In this document: positions 57,401 to 64,000 of the stretch, in pieces
Layout of the letters: each line of letters begins with the position of its first letter
Position numbering within the stretch: the stretch's first letter is position 1
Origin: Ostreococcus lucimarinus
Lineage: Eukaryota
NCBI GenBank assembly: GCA_000092065.1
Contig: CP000594.1
Direction: 5' to 3' (one strand)
Length of the DNA stretch: 64,000 bases
The notes under the pieces: model-generated
Told to the model about the DNA's origin: nothing
The model's database searches: none
Seen by the model: only the letters and a program-made list of their open reading frames with translations
Position numbers and translations under genes: made by a program

Positions 57401-58739
57401 CGTGATTCGCGCCGGTGAAGATCTCGTCTGGACAATCTTGAACTTTTGCAGACTCCTCCAAACGCAACTTCCACAACGCAACGCTTCAGCAGGTTCCGCC
57501 ATCGCGCCACGCGAAACGTTTGTTGGAAAGCAAACCTCACAAGATAGTTTGCTGAATATCGCCACTTTATACGTGGAACCGACATCTTTTGTTGTCACGT
57601 TTGCTCCAAATTCCGATATCCGACCTGCAGACGCCGACGCTCGGATGATCGCCGCGTTGACGTTTGCAAGTTTACAGCGCCTGCATTTGGTGCTCAACAA
57701 ATTTGATAAATTCGATGAGAGCATACTTCGTTCGAATTTGATTCGCGAATTCCGAAACTATTTCAAGTCACAAATGATAGCGCAAACGCTCAGTGTCATG
57801 ACATCGATGCACACGCTGACAAACGTTTCCACGGGTCTAGATGCAGTGAGCAAGGCGGTCGAAACCGGCTTCGGCGTACTCGCGCCTTCTCGTACGGCGC
57901 CTTTGGCTCGTTTGCCATCTTCTGTCGTCGGCCGAGGAAGCAGAAGCGACGGTCAGGGCAACTTTGCGAAAAGTGTATTCGTTGGTCTGAAACGACTGGG
58001 GGGTGGTATTTCTAAGGGAATTATCGGCCTTTTCGTCAGCCCTGTAAAAGGTTGCATGGAAGGCGGCGTCGTGGGCGGGTGTAAAGGATGCGCTCGAGGC
58101 GTCGCCGACTTGGTAGCTAAACCGACCGCTGGCGCGTTAGCTCTCGCCTCAAAGACGGTCGAAGGCGTAGCCAATGCCGCTAAAGGCGTACAGACTGCCG
58201 CGTGGGACATCATCACCACGAATAATGTCTCAAAAGCGTGCATTAAACGCCTCCCCATCGCCGTGCGATCGGATGGCATCATTCGAAGATGGGATGCGCA
58301 CGACGCGTTGGGTGTTTATTGCATGCGCACATGCGTCGTGTCCAGTCGAACACTGGGCATTTCTTACTGTCCGGGCGTGAAAGACTCATTCTCCTCGATG
58401 CATGACATTTTCGGTGAATATTTGTTGCTTGTCACCGACAAGCGCGCGTTGTGCGTTCGGACGCCGGAGATGGACGGGGCCATGCCGGCGCGCGCGCCGA
58501 CTTGCGCGTGGTACATCTCTTGGAGTGATGTGAGCTCGATATGGATCGAAAACTCTGTGATCATAAAGTTGCAGATGAACGTCACGAGTGAGGGCGACAC
58601 TTCCAACCTGGGTGCGCAGAAGCGTGAAACCGAATCTTGTTTTTCGATTCGCGCTAGAGCCCAAGACGAGGCGGCGAACATCGAAGCCGCGATGCGTCAA
58701 AGCTGGAACGCCTACCTGGATACAACAGAAGAAGAATAG
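45430..58739 (+). CDS. VPS13: VPS13-family bridge-like lipid-transfer protein (>4200 aa), interrupted by about three micro-introns and one single-nucleotide frame shift
   Basis: Chorein-N start MVFERLLADQLNARLGRVLEGVDRDDVRVGVLNGDVRIRRVRV...VPWRNLGKEAVRVTFHGVYVV aligns with yeast Vps13 [22 protein letters not shown]...GIWSGDVKLKNLKL. Then comes >12 kb of VPS13-type repeat sequence, including six W[KR]P.AP.G[YF]V.[LV]G..V repeats. The gene is split across ORFs 44468..50008 (real from 45430), 49899..52394, 52264..53634, 53558..57211 and 57303..58739, each +1 relative to the previous. Confidence 0.9.
50005..50053 (+). other. Candidate 49-nt micro-intron in VPS13: GTAAAGTTCGG...GATGGGGTAG
   Basis: The donor GTAAAG overlaps the ORF-terminating TAA. 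The 3k+1 length moves reading from frame 2 to frame 0 and gives ...RFHQEHSVD|VGPLPVSDVLAPASL... Confidence 0.45.
53631..53703 (+). other. Candidate micro-intron in VPS13 with donor GTAAAT at 53631. The acceptor is ambiguous: 53703, 53718 or 53724, all giving 3k+1 length.
   Basis: The donor again overlaps the terminating TAA of the upstream ORF. Any of the three AG acceptors restores the downstream frame (..DYQE|DHQQSKSALSAWKPHVP...). Confidence 0.35.
57211..57247 (+). other. Candidate 37-nt micro-intron in VPS13: GTTATC...GATTTTAG
   Basis: Gives ...NQQQFCL|YTHDASYPVFVWHDPADGHLLEAYATLSM... The downstream frame is open from 57189 although the annotated ORF starts at 57303. Confidence 0.4.
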
Positions 58740-58789
58740 AATCACAATTAATGATAGTACTAGCAGTAATTCGCAGTGCGCGCGCCGCG

Positions 58790-59491
58790 TCAACGCCCTA
58801 ACCCAATCTTTTTCAACAGCGATTTTGATTCGCTCGCGAGCGCCAACCTCTCCGTGAGCTCGTCAATCTCCTCCTCCGTGAGCTCCGTCTTCACCTGATC
58901 GCCGTCCGGCGATTTCCCTTGTATCTTACGCACGAGATAAATGATGGAATCCCGCTCGTCGTTCGCCTTACGCAGTCGCTCTTGAAGACTTTCCAACAGT
59001 TGCGTCTCCCGTTCGTCCGTCGGCGCTCGCGCCTCCCTCGACCCATCTCCCCGCTCATCCCGCGCCTTCGTCTCGCGCGTCGCCACCATCTCCATCGCAT
59101 CGTTCGCGCCTCCGCGCCTCGCGCTCCCTCCGTCGTCCGCGCGCGCCGCCGCGCCTCGCGCGCCGCCGAACCATCCGAATCCGCGTCTCCCCCTCGCCTC
59201 CATCGCCGCCGCCCGCGCCGCCTCCCGCGCCGCCTCCCGCGCCCGTATCCTCGCCTCGATCCGATCCCCGATCGACTGCCCCCCCCGCTCGCCGAACACG
59301 TCGATGTACGACGCGTACCACGCCCGCGGCGCCGCGCACAGCGTCATCAACCCGAGCGTCATCCACGCGATGCACGCCCTCGCCCGTCGCGTCCCGCGCT
59401 CGTGCGTCGCCCGCGCGTGTTGCGGCGTCACCTGCGCGTGTCTCGTCGGCGCCCGCGCGTCGCGCTCGCGTCGCTCGACGCGCGCGCGCAT
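58790..59491 (-). CDS. Hypothetical small protein; weak. Possibly real only in its C-terminal half.
   Basis: The C-terminal segment DSIIYLVRKIQGKSPDGDQVKTELTEEEIDELTERLALASESKSLLKKIGLGR is non-repetitive. The N-terminal half is Arg/Ala low complexity. Confidence 0.25.
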   Translation of the reverse strand: MRARVERRERDARAPTRHAQVTPQHARATHERGTRRARACIAWMTLGLMTLCAAPRAWYASYIDVFGERGGQSIGDRIEARIRAREAAREAARAAAMEARGRRGFGWFGGARGAAARADDGGSARRGGANDAMEMVATRETKARDERGDGSREARAPTDERETQLLESLQERLRKANDERDSIIYLVRKIQGKSPDGDQVKTELTEEEIDELTERLALASESKSLLKKIGLGR

Positions 59492-59545
59492 GTTTTCTTC
59501 GATTCGGCGCGACGTCGAGTGGCGCGCGTCGCGTCACTTCGCGCC

Positions 59546-60754
59546 ATGTCGCTTCGACTCCGCTTCGCCGGCCGCGGCGTCGGCGGCGCGGACGACGCGC
59601 GCGAGCGCGCGAGCGACGATCGCGTCTCCTTCGGCGTTTTGCGGCTGTGCGTCGGTCGAGGGACGTTCGCGCGGTGGAAGAGCGTGCTCTTGCACTTTAA
59701 TCCGGAATCCGCGAGCGTCGTCGCGCGCGGACGCGCGAACGCGCAGAAGCGCGCGGTCGAGGTGCGACGAGCGAGCGCGCGACGCGCGACGAACGAACGC
59801 GCGACGCGACGAGCGAACGCGCGACGGCTCGCTGACGATGCGGGCGAAAACTTTAAATCGATGCACTTCATTCGCAGGAACGGTTATCGCCGTTTTTCGA
59901 TGTCGATGACGTTTGAGACGCGAGAGGCGTGCGATGCGGATCGAATCGTCGAGGCGCTGGCGCGCGTGGTGGTGGACGACGGCGCGCTGGGCGCGGAGGG
60001 GGAGACGCCGAGCGATTTTGAGGCGCGCGTGACGACGATGAAGGCGGACGTGGCGGCGCAACTGGACGAGGCGAAGAAAATGTACGAAGAGAGGGCGAGG
60101 ACGGGAGGCGCGCCGCGACGATTGACGCTGCGAGAGATGGATAGGAAGATGAGCTTCAGGGACGTCGCGAACGCGGTACGCGCGGACGCGGGAGCGTTCA
60201 ATTGGTACCTGGTTCGCGGAGACGCGAACGGCGCTTCGGAGGTGTTTAACGCCGGCGGCGGGAGCTTGGACGAGATGAAGAAATCGTTGGCGTCCGACGA
60301 GGTGTTTTTCGGGCTTCTGCGCATGGGTTTCGGGCGCGGCGCGTTTCGGCGCGTGAAGCACATATTCATTCACTGGTCCGGCGCCGACGTCAATCCTTTG
60401 AAACGCGGCCAACACAACGCGAATGAGGAGGCGATTCGCAAACTCGTCGGACCGGTGAATCTGAGCCACTTCGCGACTGAGATGGATGAGATGAATCTAA
60501 ACGATTTACTCGACAAGGTGAAAACTAAGGTGGTGCTGGACGGCGAGGCAATCGACGATGTGGAAGATCTGTTCAGTTTGGAATCGTACATGGTTTCGTG
60601 CGAAGACGACGCCGAGGCGATGAAGCGTGAATTTCCCGACGCGATACGTGAAGGCGACGGCGAGGAAGACGAGCAAGAACCAACGTTTGAAGAGGCTTTG
60701 GAGTCCGTGCGGGATAAGTCTCAGCCGTACAATTGGATGTTGTGCACGCTTTAA
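59546..60754 (+). CDS. Twinfilin/coactosin-like protein with ADF-H (actin-depolymerising-factor homology) domains. An N-terminal exon may be missing.
   Basis: Second domain NWYLVRGDANGASEVFNAGGGSLDEMKKSLASDEVFFGLLRMGFGRGAFRRVKHIFIHWSGADVNPLKRGQHNANEEAIRKLVGPV fits the ADF-H pattern. The first ~60 aa (RVSFGVLRLCVGRGTFARWKSVLLHFNPES) repeat the central part of that pattern. Confidence 0.55.
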   Translation: MSLRLRFAGRGVGGADDARERASDDRVSFGVLRLCVGRGTFARWKSVLLHFNPESASVVARGRANAQKRAVEVRRASARRATNERATRRANARRLADDAGENFKSMHFIRRNGYRRFSMSMTFETREACDADRIVEALARVVVDDGALGAEGETPSDFEARVTTMKADVAAQLDEAKKMYEERARTGGAPRRLTLREMDRKMSFRDVANAVRADAGAFNWYLVRGDANGASEVFNAGGGSLDEMKKSLASDEVFFGLLRMGFGRGAFRRVKHIFIHWSGADVNPLKRGQHNANEEAIRKLVGPVNLSHFATEMDEMNLNDLLDKVKTKVVLDGEAIDDVEDLFSLESYMVSCEDDAEAMKREFPDAIREGDGEEDEQEPTFEEALESVRDKSQPYNWMLCTL

Positions 60755-60841
60755 AGCCGGCGTTCTCTCCATAGCGACGCAAGGTACCGTAGTTTGTAAA
60801 ACAATTGAATAAAAGTTAAAGTTAAAGTTGTTGTCACATTT

Positions 60842-63800
60842 CTAAACTTCGCGCTTCGACTTCTTGCCGCGTAAGATTCCCGCCGCCTTTGCTGATTTCA
60901 CGACGCCACCAAGCTGCGCGCGAGCGGCAACTTTTTTGCTATTGCGTCGATTCAAAAGTTTTGGATCAAGCGGCCAATACGCGTACGGCTCGAGCTTGGT
61001 TTGCTTCGAGTAGACGTCACCAGTCGTCTTACCCTTCGCCTTGTACAAATCAGCGCTGTGGCGCTCGTGCGTCGTGCGCTGCCGTTTGACACCGTTGGAA
61101 TTGTGCGTACCAACCGTACGCGAAGACTTGCCGGTAGCATTCGTCCGCGCGGTGGCGGCGCCTCGCGATTTACCAGTTTTGGACGTGTAACGTGAGCGAC
61201 CGCCTTCAGACGCGTTGTCTTCCTCTTCTTCGCGTCGACGCTTCGCGCCTTTCGCTCTCTTCAACAATCATGAGCTTGCCATCAGCGCCCGTACGGTAGC
61301 CACTGTCATCGTCATCGTCTTCGAACTTCACACGACGACGTTCTCCTTGCGGTAGCATCGATCGGCGCATGGCGCTATCGTCCAACAAATCAAGCGGGGC
61401 GTCGCCGGAAGCAGGAAGTCGTGCACCGCCCGTCGCGCGCTTCGCAGCCGCGGCTGCGGCGGAACGAGGACCCTCGCCACCACCTCGTCTAGAGGCTGGG
61501 GCAAAAGATCCTCCATCACGACCTCCGCGTCCACTTCTGCGCGATCGGCCGTCGTCGCTGTCGTCGCCCTCGTCGTCGCTGAAAATGTCGCCGTCGCGCC
61601 ATTCTGAACGTCTCGCCGTTCGCGTGGACTTGGCGCCGTGTTCACTACCTGCAACGGACGATTTCTTCTTCTTTTCTAATCGTGTCTCCTCGCGCTTGAT
61701 GTGCGCGATAAGTGCCATGTGTTCTTTTGGCATGCTCGCTTCGACGACTTCGTAACCACAACGTTTGCACATGCGTTCCAACACGACACGCACCTTGAGC
61801 TTGAAGCGATTCTTCGAATCTTCCGACCAATGCAACAGCGCTGGGACAAGTCGCGGAAGTTCGGCGGCGAGATCTTGTTGAGGTAGACGCACGACGACAA
61901 CCTTCACGAAGCCGAGGCACGACTTGACCACTTCGCGAGATTTTCCTTCGAGCAACGCGCACACTGCCGGTAAGAGTTCAGGAACGGTGGACACGAGCGC
62001 AGAGGAAAATTCGTAGAGCAAACGAGCGAGAGCCATGATGGTGGCCGATTGCATCTGAGGTGACGAGCCGACGATGCCAGCGAGCACGGTGAGGAAAAAT
62101 CGTCGAACGCCCACACCCATTTGCTCAGTCTCCATCGCCTCGTCGTCCTCCTCCTCTGTAGCCGCGCCGAGCCAGGCGGCGACGCCTGCGTTACCAGAGC
62201 GCGCAACTCCGCGTGCCGCTTCTGCATTCTTGCGCTCGATTGATCGTGGAATGCTTATCAAGAGCTGATACGCCAGCGTGCGCGTGCGCGCGTTGGTTTC
62301 TTTTGTGGCGAGAATGAGTTCGGAGAGAAGCACAGTGAGCGATCCAGTTTCGGCGATGCTCCCGGCACCGTCGCCGCCTTCCTCAGCGTCCGCCGCAGCG
62401 TCGCGTTCTTGAAGCGCTGGTAAAATCTTACCGATAACTTTCAATCGATACCGTCGCGCCGATGGTAAGCAACAATCAACGCCAGAAACGAGGAGCTCTT
62501 CGATTTCCGCCGCGCGCGGTTCAAGCCACTTCCCGTCTTGTGCCTCGCACAGCTCGTTGAGCAACTTGTATGCGCGCTTTTGAATCCACACTTTCCTTCT
62601 CCAGACACGCGGGTTTGGCAATTTTGTAAACCATTTCCAAGCCCTGATCGTCCAAGCCGGAAACGAGCGCGAAGACGAGATCCATGAAGGTGCACCTTCG
62701 TGCGGTCTTGTCGTCTCCGCCCTCCACCAAAGCGTCCGGCGCGCCCGGATCGTCCGCGGTCACTTTGACGAGTTTGCGCAGTACAGTCCTGAAGAAGCCG
62801 CCCAACTGCGCTTGATCGGTCACTTTTGCAAATGCACCGATTGTATGCGACAGCTCACCACGTCGTGACGTCGGTGACGAAACGAAGAGATTAAAAAGAA
62901 TGGGCAAAAAGTTCCGAGCGTACTTGCTCACCGCCGCGAGCTGCGCTTCGGCGATATCAACCGTGAAAGTCGCGGGCATTTGATCATCGTTGGGCTCACC
63001 CGCGGCGATTGTGGACGCACCGTCACCGGCTTCGTCGTCATCGTCGACTTCGTACACACCAGCGCCGATTCTTCCTTGACGAATCAAGCGCTTCAAGCCT
63101 ACGCAAATGGGCCCTTGCAAATCGATTCTCGAACTCAACGCATTGCCTAAATCCTTGGCAATCAACGGAAACGCGTCCGAGGCGTCGCTCGGCCAATTAG
63201 CAAACGCTGGAAACAGGCTCCAAAGTGCGTGCTCGGCGGCACCGCAGCGCTGCGCTTCGTACGAACTTTGAGAGTTTCGCGCGTGCTCGGCGCGAGCGCC
63301 CAACGCGCGCGCTTGCGGCAAAATGGCGTCAGCAAAAAATCCCATATTCGCTCCAACCAAACCAGAGCGCAACAACGGCACGAGCCAAAGTCGTCCAGTC
63401 TCTTGACTCGCTGCATTCATGACGTCTTGCTCGTCCACTTCCATGCCGTCTCCGTCGCCTTGACGGTTAGCGAGCTCGGCGTCGATGGCTTCTTCGAGTT
63501 TTAACGGAAGCGACGCGAGCACCTGCTCAGGACCTATGGCTTGAATCGCCGCCGTGATGCAGTCTTGCAGCTGTTGTTTGCACATCAACTCGCTCGCGTG
63601 CTCGCCCATCTCGCCGAGCGCGTTCAAAGTACCAGCCAAGATTGGCCCGGACGCGGGACCAAGGCGCATGAACGCGCATGTGGCGACGGGAATGGAAACA
63701 GCCCACGCGCCGCGATAGCGGAACCCGATCGCGGACTCAATGCTCGACGCCACGGACATCAACGTCGTCGGTTTGGACGGCGCGGACTTCCCCGCCGCTC

Positions 63801-64000
63801 GCGCAGATGCAATAGCCTTGATCCCTTCTTGCACCATACCGGAATCGATGCATGAGCGCACGAGCGAAATCAACGCTTCGGCGACCTCGGTCGCAACGCC
63901 CTCATGAGGCGACGCGAAGAGCTTCACGAGGGAATGAAACGTCGTCGGCAACGCTTTTGCAGAGGCTTGCGCGTCGATGGCGTGGAGCTTACACTGCGCG
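60842..64000 (-). CDS. RRP12: RRP12-like HEAT/ARM-repeat pre-ribosome export factor. Partial: the N-terminus lies beyond the window end. There are two +1 frame discontinuities, near 61240 and 62600.
   Basis: ~1090 aa of HEAT-like repeats across ORFs 62521..63951, 61206..62621 and 60842..61267. Basic C-terminal tail with the ...GDVYSKQTKLEPYAYWPLDPKLLNRR motif. Acidic/Ser block upstream. Confidence 0.55.

Noticed and set aside
45950-58740. The low-GC VPS13 body considered as horizontally acquired or foreign DNA
   Set aside because: VPS13 is a universal eukaryotic gene, its GC-rich 5' end is continuous with it, and the drop starts inside the gene. Other long genes show the same, weaker, interior GC decline. 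A within-gene compositional gradient is more parsimonious than foreign origin.

Overview
This 64 kb window is nuclear DNA from a very GC-rich, gene-dense eukaryote. It is not prokaryotic. About 30 protein-coding genes lie on both strands, separated by short gaps: 50-100 nt between convergent stop codons, and 0.1-0.7 kb divergent promoter regions that reach roughly 75-80% GC. Introns are sparse and come in two kinds: GC-rich introns of 97-173 nt that start GTGCG and carry a CTGAC branch motif, and AT-richer micro-introns of 34-49 nt. Four lines of evidence point tentatively to a small chlorophyte or prasinophyte-like green alga: Arg/Ala-rich N-terminal organelle presequences, a PsbP-like protein, TGTAA motifs 5-45 nt downstream of many stop codons, and the core eukaryotic genes present (VPS13, HELQ, Tudor-SN, TFIIH p8, LIN9, 3R-MYB, ARL8, RRP12). 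No rRNA, tRNA, CRISPR array or transposon was recognised. The most notable observations are: (1) one 1130-aa ORF fusing a P1B-4 (HMA1-type) heavy-metal ATPase to a HupE/UreJ-like Ni/Co permease domain through an (HS)7 loop; (2) single-nucleotide frame breaks inside highly conserved genes: five +1 breaks where one A or T looks surplus at a 3-mer run, one -1 break at an A4 run, and one in-frame TAG in the NRAMP gene. This is either a systematic assembly error or real recoding; (3) an adjacent convergent pair encoding the glutathione-dependent formaldehyde detox enzymes, class III alcohol dehydrogenase and S-formylglutathione hydrolase; (4) a ~13 kb low-GC island (~48% GC) that coincides exactly with the body of the VPS13 gene; (5) the cell-cycle transcription components LIN9 and an R1R2R3 MYB, plus a bZIP whose promoter carries tandem CCAAT boxes. 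The ORF track uses ATG/GTG/TTG starts, so many ORF start coordinates are not true start codons. Exon joins were inferred by eye from protein homology.
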